Assembly: GCF_036321535.1 (NCBI RefSeq)
Contig: NC_087437.1
Coordinates: forward strand, 85,624,001 to 85,688,000
Length of the DNA stretch: 64,000 bases
Source of the DNA: Camelus dromedarius
Lineage: Eukaryota
Reading direction: 5' to 3'
Shown piece after piece: positions 24,216 to 39,471 of the stretch. The position numbers and the translations under genes were made by a program. Each line of letters begins with the position of its first letter. Positions within the stretch are counted from its first letter, which is position 1. The notes below the pieces were generated by a model, which was given only the letters and a program-made list of their open reading frames with translations, was not told where the DNA came from and did not search any database.

Positions 24216-25693
24216 AGGTCTGCCTTAACTTAAAACAGCCTAAAAAATTTATACTGAGTTTTCATTAAAGTAGCCTAAATAGACAAACTAGGTTTATATG
24301 TATATATGCATTTATATATAATTTAGCATGTTTATTTTTTCTATTAACAGTATGTGAGAATTATTCTATTAGGGCATATACAAAAATATTTATATCTTGC
24401 TATATGCTGGGATAGAGGGGCCAATGAAAGAAGGAGGGAAGAAGAGAGGGAGCAAGGGAGAAAGGGAAGGAAGAAGAGAGAATGCTTTGCAATTTTTAAT
24501 TTTCAGGAGAATAAGAGCAGTACAAATAAGAATTTTATATGCCAGAGAACTGTTATGTTCATGCTGAAGTGTCAGGTTTACAGTTTAAATCAGGCTCACA
24601 GCAATGATGGTTAAACATAGTTGCCGACAACCGCCTCCCAGCAGAAATTCACATATAAGATGATAAATTACTTTCCCTTAGAAAATTGGCTTTAACTCTA
24701 CAAAACTTGGCCAGTTTAATGTATGATATTTAATATATATCGATCCAAAACGCACACCTCCTCCGAGAATAATGGAGTGGAGAAATACAGCAATAATAAC
24801 AGATGACTCAAAACCGAGAAATACTTTTCAACTGAAATATTGAAAAATGAAGGTAAGGTATTTGTATTTGCTAAAGTATCCAGAAGTTATTAATTCTCAA
24901 ATTCCCTTTGAAAAATAGAAAAGACTCTATAATTACCCCCAGGGAAAAATGCTTGTGGATTTGGTACCTGCCTTAACTATTTGAGACCAAATCCTTCTTG
25001 GTACCTTTTTGGACTTTAGTAATTAATATTCTTTCCAGAAATCCTACATATGTTCTTAGAGAATAGATTAATGTTTAGTCTAACATTTGCAAAAAGAATA
25101 TTAAAAACACAAAGCACAATCTCTAACTTCTAGAAATTGTACATTTGAACACAGCCATCTGTAAAACATCCTCATATCTTCCTCTCCTTTATTTTTCCTT
25201 TTTAATACTTATGGGCTAGTTGAAAACCAAAACAGAGGGAAATGGAAGATGGAGGGTGATGTATTTTGCAATGAACGAATATTACTTAAATCTACCAGGT
25301 TATGAATGTGAGTAGTTGTTCGGTACACAGTAGGATATTTCGGTATCTGAATGAACAGATGACAAAAACTCTAATATGTTACATCCTAAACTTGAAAATA
25401 TAAGAATTTTACAGGGAAAAATTATCTTGGAACTCTAGTCCTAAGTTCCGTTGAACTAGAGTGTTGTTGACATACAAATAAACCACCTTAGTCTAAAATA
25501 CCTATGCACGTAGGTCTTGTGCAACTAAGTAAAAAACCAATACACATTTTTTTAAAAATTGAAATTTAAAACAAAATCAGATTACTGCTAATATATAATG
25601 AGATAGACCTTGCCGTTTTGGTAAAACCAGCTTGCACGTCAAAGCATGAATATGGGACAGACGGCCACTATGGTATATGTGCCTGTCCACATA

Positions 25694-26292
25694 CAGTCAG
25701 CTCTACTATAATGCTGATTTTGAAAATGCAGGTTTGTCTCAAGATGAATGATATAATAGGGAACAATGGAAATACAGCAGAAATTTTATTTGCTTATGGG
25801 ATACCTCCATGAGAAACATGTGAATGCACAGAACTATGACTGAATAAATTAAACCCAGTAGGCATATAAAAAGCATGCATTTTAAACATCTCTCAGCCAC
25901 CTCATTCCACCTCATTTGTTGTGAGCCACACCAGTCCACCTGTGGCATTATAATTTTCCATCTGATTTCAGATAAACCTCCATCCACTACTTCTCAATAA
26001 CTCCCAAGCTGCAGTTCTTTGGTGCTCACTTTCACATACAAGCTTCAGGTCTTTTCCAAGGTAAAGCACCATATTTATTGCAATATTTGGACATTTCTTA
26101 ACCATTTTTTCATGTACAAAACTATGCTATTATTTTTATTATATTTTTATATTTTTAGATGCCATTGACAAAGTTTTTCAGGGTTATGGCCCTAATTTCA
26201 ATTTTTCTATAAACCTTTTATTTTTTAAGTTGTCATTTTGCATAGAGCAGTGATTTTAAAGAACACGTATGTTGCATTACAGAACTGACTTG
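25694..26292 (+). mobile_element. Tigger13-like DNA transposon
   Basis: TIRs cagtcagctctactataatgc ... gcattacagaactgacttg with TA flanks; internal text matches Tigger13a as I recall it. Confidence 0.75.
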
Positions 26293-26802
26293 TATTGGGT
26301 TCCCTGGATGACTCAGTGCTCCTATCACATTTCTATATTCCAAGTTCCCATGAAAGTTTTAAAACTTTAGGGCACTATGACTTGTCTTCAGTAGCAATAA
26401 AGGTGTGATTAATATATTTAGTCCAATCCAATTTTCTTCCATTTGTCTAATAAAATTTAAGTATTACATTTGGACCCAACAAAACTCACAATACAATCAT
26501 GACCCAATGACAGTCCTTGACTGAAAAATAGCTACATTCATGGTCATTTGGTCACTATCAAATCAGTGACTAACTTTTTTAGACTGTCTTCCAAATGTAA
26601 ACACAACAGGTTTAAACAGGTCCCTAGATTCTCAGGTTTCACAAGCCATTGCCTTGGAGATACTGAAATGGTCTGGACTTCAGAAATACCTCATTATATT
26701 TTCAAAGCGAAACTTAATAATAAGAGAAACAACAGACCATCCTTAAGACTCTAATCGCATTTTCAGATTAACCACATCTAGAAAGATATAGATGACTATT
26801 AC

Positions 26803-27171
26803 TGTTCTCGTCTGCTTGAGCTGCTATATCAAAATACCATAGAGGCTGGTTTAAACAACAGAAAAATATTTTTCACAGTTCTGGAGGCTTGAAAGTCCAA
26901 GATCAAGGTGCCTGCTGATTCAGTTTTCAATAAGAGCCCTCCTCCTGGCTTGCAGACATGTCCTTTGCTCTCTAACCTCCCATGGTAGAGAGAAAACGCT
27001 CCGCACACCCAATCCTTTCCTTACAAGGGCATTCATCTCATCATGAGGATGCCACACCCCTTACCTCATCTGTACCTAACTACCTCCCAAATGTTCCACC
27101 TCCTAATTCCATCACACTGAGGGTTAGGGCTTCCACATTATGAATTTTGGGGGTACATTCCGTACATAATA
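26803..27171 (-). mobile_element. MaLR solo LTR (MLT1A-like)
   Basis: gctgctatatcaaaataccata...cacagttctggaggcttgaaagtccaagatcaaggtgcc...gttagggcttccacattatgaattttggggg. Confidence 0.85.
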
Positions 27172-28015
27172 CCTCCCTTCCCAGATCTTATCCTCACCAG
27201 CCTCACAGCTAATAATATCACTGATTTCCTAAGTTTGGGGATTCATATGTTGTCTGGTTTATAGACATCATTTATTTCAGCTGTGGTCACCATGTTTTTT
27301 TTTTCCATTTTAATTTATATGCCCTCTTGTCTTCTCCTTCTGAATATGATGAGCAGCACATGCTTCAGGAGGTTGACATTTCAGTAGTGTGTCATGATGT
27401 GGATAATCTGATTTCTGAGACTGAACAGGTTTTAAAACCCACAAGCTCTTCAGAACTATCAGGCAAAAACAGTTGTTTCAGCTTGAATTAATTACTCTAA
27501 TTTTGCTTACCTCAACTTGCCCAGAGGTACTCAGTGCTTATGAAGAGTTCATGTTGTATCAGAAGAGCACCTGGTGAGGGAGGAGAAATGAGGTCAGAAC
27601 AGAAGAAAAAAAAATTGCAATGGTAATTAGAACTAATTGGAAGAGAGCTCAGTGAAAAATTGTCTGCAAGAGTCAAGAAATAAGATTACCAAGTGTCAGC
27701 TGAGGGAGGCTGATGTGGGGTTCTAGGAGGTGAGCGGCCCAAACGAAAAAATGCACGAGGAGTTGCCATACTGCTGGACAGATTTCAGCCGGAGACACCA
27801 TGGGGTTAACAACACTTTATTGCCACAGGGAGGTGCACCCTATGATGCACCTGTCCTGCTTTTATCTGTTTTCTGTCAGCACATGCGCGGTCTGAGTTTC
27901 TTTGTTCATCAGGCTTACAGAATATCTCTAGCACATGCATACTTCTATTTTCTTTGTTCTAAATCTTATATAATTGACGCATGCGTGGAGCAATTATTTA
28001 CTGCATACTACGAAC

Positions 28016-28105
28016 ATGCTCTGATGGTGGCCTCGGGTCCCACGGCTGTAACTCATCTCAATGCTCCGATCATGGCCTTGGTTCCCACGGCCTTAACTCA
28101 TCTCA
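28016..28105. repeat. 45-bp tandem duplication (2 copies, 38/45 identical)
   Basis: atgctctgatggtggcctcgggtcccacggctgtaactcatctca / atgctccgatcatggccttggttcccacggccttaactcatctca. Confidence 0.9.
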
Positions 28106-29183
28106 ACACCAGCTCACACCAAGTTAAAAATTTAGATAAAAATATGAGAAAGAAAATAAAGGATTTTGATGATGTTTAAAACCCGTGATTCTGGCTGCAT
28201 TGGAGATGGATCATATGGAGATACGTTTTCAGCAATACCATCAATCTGGTGCAAGAAATTCTCCCAATTACAGTTGTCTAAAATCCCCTAATACCTCCAT
28301 GTAGAAACAGTTGTTTCTGATATAATTTAATTGGCTTTAAGTATAAAAAGTACCTATAAATCAATGTTACTCAGGGTAGTAGTAACAATAATAAATTAAT
28401 TTTAAAACATAGCATTCAAACCAGATAATTATGCAAAATTTCTGTGAATAGAGACGGATTAAAGAACAAAAGCTCCACAAAAATTGATTGTGGAAGTAGA
28501 GGTTTTCTATTTAATTTTAGGTTCCTTTTCAGTATTCTTTACTGAAGGAAATGCCCCTTATCTATAACAAAACAATGCAATGTTTGAATAATTACAAGAG
28601 AAAACCAAAAATTTGTATTTATAATTCCTGAAATAAATCATACAGTGTCAAAATAAATTGCTTATCAAATATTTGTGGCAATCCAATAATACAGAAAAAC
28701 AATTTTGAAGGAAGTTGTTACTTAGTAATGATTAGTACCTAGGCATATAATAGTATGCACCATAGTTCATGTCTGTAGAAGATTCTTAGGAAGATAACTA
28801 AATAGGACTAACATCTAGATTGCTCAGTTTACCACCCATCAGCCTGTGGCAGAAAGTTTCCTGTCACAAATGCCTCTGAGGTAGGTCAACTATATTTTTT
28901 TTAGGCTTCAAAGTATAATTCATGTGTATTCATGAAGCCTCATAACATAGGCCTGGGACAAATAACCTCAAAAATATAAATATTAAAGCACTTTTCATCC
29001 ATCAGGAGATACATGTATACCTGCACTTTGAAAGGACATTGGGGTATTCCTAATATGCCAAATCATGAATTTTCTGGAAAATGATGAACAAAAATAACAA
29101 AAAATTAGAAAACATTATATGGGCTATTTCAAAGCAACAGGTGAAGAAGTTTAAACAGTGAGGGGTATTTTTGTTTTAGCAAA

Positions 29184-29224
<41 letters not shown>

Positions 29225-29527
29225 TAAAATTGAATGTCTTGCTTTATCCACATGGAAATAACTATAACAGAATCCAGCCTCACCTGTGTCCACATTCACT
29301 TCCCCTAATTCTTTCTAATCATTCTTCTTCTACTTATTTTAAGTGGTTAATGGTTTAATTATCTGTTCTAAAAAGTAATCCTTTTTGACATTAATTTTTA
29401 AATGTTTTGAATTCTAAGACTACTCTTTCAACCACATAAAGTCAGTTTTATATTATGTCCTTCCCTTTTAGATTACTGCCTTCAATACCTAATTAATTTA
29501 CTATTTATCACTTAACAACAGTGAAGA

Positions 29528-30044
29528 TGTAATAGGAAAGAACAAATCTGACTCCATGTTAGATCTGTCCTTTAGCTCTAACCCTATCCTCTGTTTCCTG
29601 GGCTTAGTCATGCTATTTCTGCACCTTTTGTAAAAGAATGTTGCCTATATCCTGAAATATACAGGACAGCCTATTCTTAAGGCTTTGACCTTTAAGGGTA
29701 TAACACTTTCCCATTCATATAAAGAAAAAAGTTGCAAAATAGAAAATAACATTCATCTTATTGGAGGTTTATAGGAACATCATGACCTGACATACATGGA
29801 CTGTTGCAAGAACAAAGGATTCCAACACCAAGAAGTTTGCAACAACCAGCCACATTCCCTCCCCTTTTTAGTATAAAAGGAGCCTGAATTCTTACGTGGG
29901 GAAGATAGTTCTCCAGGACATTAGTCTGCCATCTTCTTAGTCCATCGGCTTTCCAAATAAAGTCATTATTCCTTGCCCCAACACCTCATCCCGGATTTAC
30001 TGGCCTGTCGTGCAGCGAGCAGAACGAGTTTGGACTTGGTAACA
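29528..30044 (+). mobile_element. ERV1-class solo LTR
   Basis: TG...CA termini; 4-bp TSD aaga (29524-29527, 30045-30048); TATA-like tataaaa at ~29872; aataaa at ~29956. Confidence 0.88.
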
Positions 30045-33000
30045 AAGACTGCAGCACTGACAGAGCACAAGACTAGCATTAAGTGAAAGGGGAATTTAGG
30101 TTGAGTAAGAAGGGACTCCACAAATAATGAGAATAATATGGAAAAGAAGGAACACAATTCTTTATGCTGATCAAAACTCTCAGCTGTCCCAGAACTGAAG
30201 GTGTGTTCTCAGCTTCCACGATCACTAAACGTTAAGCTGATTGGAAGTCAAGCAGAAGCAACAGCACAGCTTTAGTCAAAATGCTCAGCTCGCATGGGAT
30301 TTGGCAGCTGCTTTCACAGGGTCTCTTCAAACGTGCTGTTACTGCCAAATCATTCTGAATCCACTTCACATTCACTTTAGCTTTCCTTGGAAGCGGAGCA
30401 TAGATTAGAGTAAAACCAGCCTACACCTCCTGTTCAGAATTAATGCCAAGGTGAACTCAACTTTGGGGGGAAGTAAAAATGCTGTCTCTCTCACACACAC
30501 ACAGCCAAGAGCCTCTTAGCTTCGGGTAGTCTATAGTAACATGTTAGGTAATCAGCAATATTTACATGCAGATGGAAAGGAAATTTCTAAAACAGCACAG
30601 TGTAAAAGAGAAATGGGACAGGTCACGAGGAAAGGTGAGATTAAGTTTTTGAGGGTAACAGACAATTCAACAAAAGAAAACGAGGCCTCACAGTTAAATG
30701 AGATCTTAGACATTATTTGGTTTTGCTTTATGATTTTAGGGAATTGAACTCAAGCCCTAGGAAAGTTAAGTGTCTTATCTAATGTCACAGAGGCACTGAG
30801 AGCTGTTTTTACTTCTAACAGTTCTCAATATGCGACTCAATAAAAGGAAGTTTTATGTTCAAAAGTTATTTATGGATTTTTAGCTGATCTATATAATAAT
30901 TAATACTATGAAAGAGGTTTTGCAAAAAAAAAGTTTTTGTTGTTATGAAAAAGTGTGTCCATAATAAAAACAGGAGTGCTTCCTCTTAAATTGTATTAAT
31001 TTATTGGAAAACAAAACAAATTTTACTTCAAACCATGTGGGGACATGTAGAATAGTTATGAAGAAATGTTCAATTTTAAAGAGGACAATTTCAAGATTAA
31101 TTGAAGTAAAAGTTAAAAACATGCTGAGCAAGAAATAAATAGTAGTAATCTTTATGAAGTTATTTTCAACACAATCTTTTCAAATTCAACATAGATTATC
31201 TAAAAGCTGAGACTTAAAATATTGGAAAATACAAATATCTTTAAGAAAGGCAAATTGCTAATTTACACATGAAGCTCAATGTATACTGTAGAGTTTTTTA
31301 ATTTCTTAATTTTTTAAAATTTTGATTCCTGTACATTTAATGGCATTTCTAGTAGGAACAATATATCAGAAACTAAAACATGGCAAAGTTTTTGTTTTGT
31401 TTTTGTTTTCAATAATATATTGTATACCTAACAGCATATTCTCATCCAGATGTCTAGTTTTTATTGGTTGCTAAATGTGTTGTCTTGTACTTATGTTGAT
31501 GGAATTCTAGTTTTGGTTGTTATACTGATTTCTTACTCTGATGATTATTTTTTGACTTTTATGGCACTGGCAACTACATCCAAAATAATACCATGTACAA
31601 GGGTAATTAACATTGTGTTATTATCGGTAAATTTTATATTTGACACCATTTAACAGAACTCTCCTATCTGAAGCTGTGCTGGTAATCATTTCCTGTGGAT
31701 ACAGTCAGACAGTCAATGTGGTACAAGACTGGTGTTGTCTAAATTATTATTGATACACTGCTGAGTCCTAAAGGACAAAGGAGATGTTATCAAAAAGTCA
31801 GTTCTGCAGATAGTTGTAACTGATAAAAGGAAGAATAAAGATACTCAGCCCAAAGTGGCACAAATGGTCAGATAAAAATCAAAGGTTAAATTCAGGAGAA
31901 AATAGAATCATGATTTTCCAGGGAAGGAACTGGGGGAAATGATCAGAGGGGGAGAAATCAACCAAAGGATAAATCACCTAAATTGAGGTTCTAGATAGAC
32001 ACTCACACTGGATTCAGAGAAGATAATTTTTAATACCAGGGAGAATAATTTGAGAGAAAAGGCAAGGTGAACATTTTATTTTAAAGAATGCTGTTTAAAG
32101 AGTCTGGGTCAGAAAATGAACACATATATGTGTGCAAGTGTGTGTGTATATGTACAGTATTTAAATCTATGTCTATATTTTTCAGCTATTTTAATGGTAC
32201 TATGGGTTCTGCTCTCTCCAAATTTATTGAGACCCAGTATCTTAGTGAAATTGATCAGGTAAATGATGGTAGCAGTAACTTCATTCTTGGAGTAATTGTA
32301 TTTAGTGCTTCATCTGAATTGAAAGTTGGAACAGAGTTTCATCTTTTTTCACAAGGTGATCTGACTACTCTTCTAATGCTCTATTCTCCCTTCCAGTTCC
32401 TTCTTGCTAGTAGTAGTGCCCCAGGAGAGGGGAAATGTGGACTACTGTCACAGTCTCAGAGTCCCTGAATGACAGAAATCTCTGCCTTCCACTACCAGGT
32501 AAGGCTGCATCAGCTGGTATAAAAATGCCCACACCTCCACCCAGTCAGAGCTCCACACACATCTCCACACACCACCAATCACAACAAATGTCCCATTTGG
32601 ACTATTAGTCTCAGATAGCTGTTTAGAGAAAATGCATCTAATTAATAAATTCATATTATGGATAAATCAATCAACTTTATCTTTTTAAAGTTTGTGGGAA
32701 AGAAATTTCACAGCAAAAAAAATTTCAGACCTTGTTAATCCACATCAAGTAGTTCCTCAATCTCCTGTTAAGTCTCACTAAAAGGCTCTTAAATGATAGG
32801 TATTGGAAAACAGTGCACTCCATCACAATTTTAATAATTCAGTTTAAACTGAAGATTAGCTTAGCCCAAAACTTATATGTATGTTAACTTAGAGTTTTCC
32901 TAACACGTATAGCGGGGGAAAAAGTCTCTGAATGTTAGCTGAGGGTCACTATGAAAAGCAGACAGCAAACAAAATTTTTGAGACACTAGACCGTCAAAAG

Positions 33001-36000
33001 ATTAGATGAAAAGAGATTGTTTAAAAAAGTGAAGTGATGTCAATACAGTCTCCTCCGATTCCCTTATCAAATTCATTTTGTTACAGACAGCACAAAAAAA
33101 CAAAAGTATTATTTCTAGTCTGAGTCAGGACTATGTGTTTAGTTGGATCATATGTTACCTGTCAAAATATAAACCTGTCCAGTTGTGACCCAAAGCTTCA
33201 GGTAGAATTTCTATCAAGGAGTCATCTAATAACACAGTCTTTATTTGAAATAGGCTTTCAGGACCTGGCCTGAAACTCAGTTACAAAATACAGTGCCTGC
33301 TTCTGCCATGTGAATCAAGGCTGCTGCTGTTGTCCAGCAAATGCCTTCACCGACACTGCCACCACTATTTTTTAAATACAGAATTTATTTGCCTTCATTT
33401 TGATCAGTGGATTAGTTCAGATTCAGTAACACAGTAAATAGTCCACAAACGGAACCAGCTTTTTTTATTTCAGCCACAGTTCCAATTACTGGTGTAAAGG
33501 CATTCAAATTTACTTTATGAAGGGGTCTAGAAAATATTTTATTTCCTGTTTTTGAAGGGTCTTAGAATCAGTCATTTTAATTATACAAAGGCAAAGGCAC
33601 CTTGACTTCACTTTTTAATGACCGCAGTTTTCTATTTTTTCCACAAACAATACATGTCTAGCCTTGTGCTCAGATCTATTCCAAGTGCTTAATGCTATAA
33701 ATCAACAGCATTCTGTTATAGTATATTTTCATTGGAACCAAATCCCTGGTGAAGATGTGGGAAATTCAAATACTTTAACTAAGAAGGAAGTTTGATACCA
33801 CCTGAATCCTTGTAGAACTAAACCGAGAGCTGTAATCAATGCTGGTCATTATGGAGCTAATGATGATGGATCAATTGATAGTAGCATTTCTAGGAAAACA
33901 CAACCCTTGGCCAAAGAGTGTTTTATGTGCAGTGACTTTTTCCACTCACTGAGGCAATATAGTCTCCTTGTGGAAAAAAAACAGGATGAAACTCATGGGG
34001 AATAAAAGACTGATGCTACCCAGTTCTACACAGAAGAGCTTCTAGATCAGAAAACCTCCACTTAGAAAGTACTATCTGACTTAATCTGGTTTGTGGTATG
34101 GGAAATGATAAGCATTATATTCAAATGTGGAAAAAAGAACCTAATCACTGATAATTATTTTACTTAACCCTTAAACAGGCCATAAACTGGTCATTCTACT
34201 ATTGTATAAATGAGAAATAAAAGGCTAAAAAGATGTAATACAATTTATATGAAATTATAGAGTGAGTTGGGGTAGGGTTGAAATTTTTTTTCAATTAGAC
34301 TTCTTTTTTAACTGAATTGTACACTTTACAAGGATTAATTTAATGGTATGTAAGTTACTTCTCAATTAATAAAAAAGAAAAAAATTATAATGTTGAACAA
34401 AAGAAAGCCAAACACAAAATTTCTATTTGTATACATTTCAAAAGGCAAAACTATACCATTCAGAGATATATATTTAAATCGTAAGACTATAACAAAGACA
34501 TCTGTGTTCCAAAAGACACAATCAAGAAAATAAAAAGACAACCCACAGAGTTGAGATTTGAATACAGATTTGTCTAGTCTCAGACTGAACCATTTCCCAT
34601 CTATGACAATGCAACAGTCTCATATAATTAAACAGGATACTTGGATAATAAACTGTTTCCTCAGTATATAATTGCAAATCAGTACCTGAAGAGACTCCAA
34701 ACATTACTACAAGTGTTTGGATTTATAATGCACGATCCTTAGTGAATAGATGAGAATTATATAAACAGTATACACATTCATTGTGTAAACTCTTATAATA
34801 TAAGCTTATATGAAAAACCCATCAGTCAGTCCAATTTGTGGACTCACATACGGTCAGCACTATTCCTGAACTCTAAAAGAAACACAGGATTATAAGTCTC
34901 TTACTAGGTAACAATCTGCATGCCTGAGGCACCTGGATATAAAAAGCCAAAGAGCAAAATGGCACTAACAATGATAAGTTCAGTAAAAAGATTAATGTTT
35001 ACTTGAAGAATATTTTAAATTGTATCACTTAATATTTTGAAAGTAATATTAATAATCAAAATGCACAAAGTAAAATTACTATTAGTACACAAATTAAAAA
35101 TGATAAGGCAAAAGTTCATTCTTACTCAAAATATAGTTTGCAAAAGAGTATGCTCACAATCATTTACAGTTTTAAAAAACTCTTTTTTGGTGTATTTATA
35201 GTAAGACAGTTACATGTAAACTATTTGGTCCTGATTCTAATATCTATTCTTTCATATTCCTGATTGTTACTTAATTTTGATAGGAAATAAATAGACAAAC
35301 TTTTAAAATGAGAAAAAAATGATGTCTGACATTTCCTCCTAAAAAGCATTCTTTGGGATTTATAATAAAATATATTTAGCACAGCTTTGACTTTCTACTT
35401 CAGAAAACAGACAAAGCAAAGTACATGGGTGAGTAAGGGCCATGAATACCATTCAATGCATGAATACAACAAAACCAAATGCATAATAAATAGTTCCGCC
35501 AAAATGTAAAAGATGTTATTTTTTTAATGAATATAGGTTTTCAGTAGTAAATATTGAGGACATCCATTTTCTCCCTTCCATCCCAGATTGCCCATCATAC
35601 ATGAGCTTTTCCCTTTATCTCCAAAGTTTCCAGAATATAGACTTCAAATACTTCTCAGGCTTAAATTCTTTAAAATAGTTTTCCAGAGGCAGAGGAGAGA
35701 GTAGGAGAAGCTGTGAGAATTATGGATAGAAAAAAGCTGAAAGATATAAGGTAGAGGCTAAGAGTTGTAATCTATAAGACCTAGGGATTTGGCCAAAGGA
35801 ATAGACAACTCAATTTCATATACACACAAAAACATGCAAAAAGAAACTTGAAACGTTCTTTCCCTGCACTATGTAAAACTGATACATTTTCAGATTGATA
35901 TGATCTGGATTTAGTCTAAATAAGTAGTGCCAAAATGATTAAGTATTCTTGTACCATTAATACAAAACCTGATAATGATAAATGTCCAAGAAAGAGGAAT

Positions 36001-38319
36001 GGACAAGCAAAGAGGAAATGAGTTGAATCTTAGGGGCATCCTTACATTTTCACCCTCATGATCTTAAGACTTACTTTTACTTCCTCTGGGAGAATTGAAT
36101 ATTTCAAGTGAGCTAGAAAACTTTCTTGGCATTGTCAATAAATAACAGAAAGCCACTTCAAAACCTCTTGGAACAAGCAGAACATAGACATGTAAATAGA
36201 TAGGTAATTAGCCCAGTAGCTCTCGATTTAAATAAAAAGATAAAATCGACGTAGGCTAGCCTATTGATGGTATTTATAAAAATCCATCTTTTGTTCCAAG
36301 GCTTGTCTAATGGCTCCAGAGAGGACTTGTAATTTATTCAGTGGAAAGAAGTAGGTGTTAAGGAAATTAGCTAAATAAAATTAGAGACAAATGTAGTCAC
36401 ACAGTATTACTAGTTCCCATGGAGATTTTATGTGGATCTATTTAACCTACTGTGATGATCAGGCCTCAAAATTGGGATGAAAAATGAGAAAGAAAAAACA
36501 TACAACAAATTTATCCACTATGAAAAAATGTCTCCAGATGTTAATCCCAGAATCATGCAAGACACTATGAAAATATATCCTGGTTTTCCCGGGACATGTA
36601 AAAGATGACTAATTCCTCATGATTTTTCTAGCAGTGGAGGGATCAGGTATCATACTGCTTTATTTCATCAACTTACTAAAATTAGCATTAGCTTTTAAGA
36701 TCTTGATAATTGGTCTAATATTTAACAAGTCTTTGTAATTCTTCATTCATTTCATTCTAAGCATTCTTCGTAGTATACCTGTAATGATCTTTTCATTATA
36801 TTATACAAAAGAAATTCTTGTGACATAAAACACATATTGCTCATAAAGTCAAAAATAAATCAACTCTGATTACATGTGGACCAGATGATACATCTCTCTA
36901 TGTTCAGTTCCTATAGTTAGCCCCACAATTCCTAAATATTATGTTTTTGGTCTTAGAGTTTAAAAGAAAAAGCTGCAAACATTTTTTCTTTTTAAAGGTT
37001 AGTGTTACCCTAATTTTCAATCATGAGTAACAGGTTGTGGGGTGTGACTTGTTATCTTAAACACTAACAAAAAATCAACACCTAAACCTGAATCAAAAAG
37101 CACTAGAAATATCATGCTCTTTTACTTAGAAATCTACTTGCTGACAATCCATCATAAGAAATTAATTATTTATATAAAAGGACAAGTTTCTGTAATGCAA
37201 ATATTCAACATCGAATTATTTATAAAAGCAAAAATTAGAGATTAACTAAATGTGGGAAATCAGTGGGAAATGGTTTAGTAAATTATGGAATAGCCACCAG
37301 AGAGAGATTTAGATATGTAAAGTCTTTTTAGAAACATAATAAGAATTATGTTTAATATCACTAAATAACTGTGACAATATGTGCATGGGAGAAAATGCTA
37401 ACAAAAATAAGAAAAAAGTAATTTTTAAGTAAGGGTGGCGAAATAGTGATAATCTTCTCCACACAAGTATTTGCTATTATACACTTGTGACAATGAGATC
37501 TGATAAAACTGTACTCTGTAACTATTATAGGGGGTAGAAATCATTATTACGTTTTATGTAAGTAATTCGTAATCTATATGCCAAATAACAAACATGCATG
37601 TATTGATTCATTTTGGAGTTAAGTCCTTGTCAAGCCAGAATGTCATTATTTTACTCCATTATCTTTTTTATTAGGAGTAAATCAACATTTTCGGGAAAGC
37701 TACATGTTCAGTAAACTTCCACCTTCCATTTTTTATTCTGCAACTCCAGTTTCATAAATTCCATCTTTGGTGTCACATAAATAATGTGAGAGAAGAGCAT
37801 GTGCCGCATGTCTTACAAATGCTCAACTGTTTCTGTGCCTATAGCTTTTCTCTGAAGGAAGGATAGCAGGTTATGTAATTATAGAAGTGGCATTTGTGAC
37901 CGCAGGCTTTCAGTATTGTGTAATCATATCATGCCGTGTGATATATTAAATGTAAGGTTAGAAAAAGCATGCAGGCTATACTTAAAGTCAACAAGAGGCC
38001 ATCAACCTGGAAGAAAAAACAGTGACTATAGTATGAATTATGACACATCAGACTATGGGGGGGTAGGCTCTTTCAACCACAACCATTAACAGCTTGTGAA
38101 AATACCATTAAAGGAATCATTTCAAAATGGTAATATTTATCAAGTACAGACAGATTTATATGGTGTTCATCAAATTTGGAACAGTGTTGCTGGAATACCA
38201 CTGACTGTTGTGAAACGACACTGAACAACAGAGGCTTTTGCAACACTTCTTCCCATGCCCATTTTTATTTTAGACTGTACCATATTTGATAAATTGTCAA
38301 ATGAGTGCTGCATGTAATA

Positions 38320-38440
38320 AAGAACACCGAGTTCGAAGTCTGATTTAGCTCCTACTTTGCCATGTGAACTGGGACATGACATTTAACAGGGCCTCAATTT
38401 TCTTATTTAGAAAACAAAGAAATTAAAGGAAGATATTTAA
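38320..38440 (+). mobile_element. MIR SINE fragment
   Basis: gagttcgaagtctg...tgtgaactgggacatgacatttaac...gcctcaattttcttatttag, a MIR core-like sequence. Confidence 0.5.
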
Positions 38441-39097
38441 AGCATCCTTTAAGAGATAATGTTTTTAGTAGGATATCTCTTGTTTTTAATAGCTGTGGCA
38501 ATCCCTTGGGCTTTTTTGTTGTTGTTGTTTAAGGCTTTATGCATTCATGTTTGTTTCCATTTTGTTTAGCAACTATCCAAAAATAATAGAGCGTGGGAAA
38601 AATATCAGAAATGCATCTGTATGGGATACACACGGAATCCTTAAGGTGAGGAAAGAAGAAATGTAGAAGGGGCAGAAATTAATGATAAAGGTATATGGAT
38701 TATGAATATTTACACTATCAGGATTCAAGTTCCTGGGAACTTCCAGTAACATCTCAAAGCAGAACAAAATCACAGGCAATGAAGACTAATATTTTGTAAT
38801 GTGAACAGTAACTGCCCACCACACACAACACCCACCACCACTGTCCCACCAGACCATCTGGACTGGAGACAGTCATTCTTTACCTATATCAATGGAGCTA
38901 ACCTAATTAATCCATCTTTTTAGCAAGAAGAGAATGATTCCCAACTTGGACAACCCTAAGAATACCTCCCGCATCTACTCCCAGTGCTGTTCAGTTAGGA
39001 AGTAATCATTTCCTAAAGAAAACTTAAACTGTTATATTTTCTCCAATCCCTTTAAAAACAGGAAGTGTTCACTCAAGGTGAGGACTACTTAAGAACC

Positions 39098-39471
39098 TGT
39101 GGAGAATAGGAGGAATAATGTGCCCATCACCAGACCCCCAAATATGTTAATATCCTAAAGTCCAGAACCTGTGCACATGTACATTACATGGCAAGAAAAA
39201 ATTAGGAATTAATTAGGTTTCAGATGGTTGCTAATCAGATGACCTTGAAAAAGATTATCCTGGATTATCCAGGTGGGTCCAGTGTAATCACAAGGATTCT
39301 ACAATGTGAAAGAGGAAGACCCAAGAGTGAGTGTCAGAGTGTGGGAGACCCGAACGACCACTGCTATCCAGAAAGGAATGCAGACCTCCAGAACTGTGAA
39401 ATAATACATGCACATTGTTTAAGCCCCTATATTTGTGCTAATTTGTTACAGCAGAAATAGGAAACTATACA
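39098..39471 (+). mobile_element. MaLR solo LTR (MLT1D-like)
   Basis: ccagaacctgtgcacatg...agattatcctggattatccaggtgggtccagtgtaatcacaagg...tttgttacagcagaaataggaaactataca. Confidence 0.85.
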
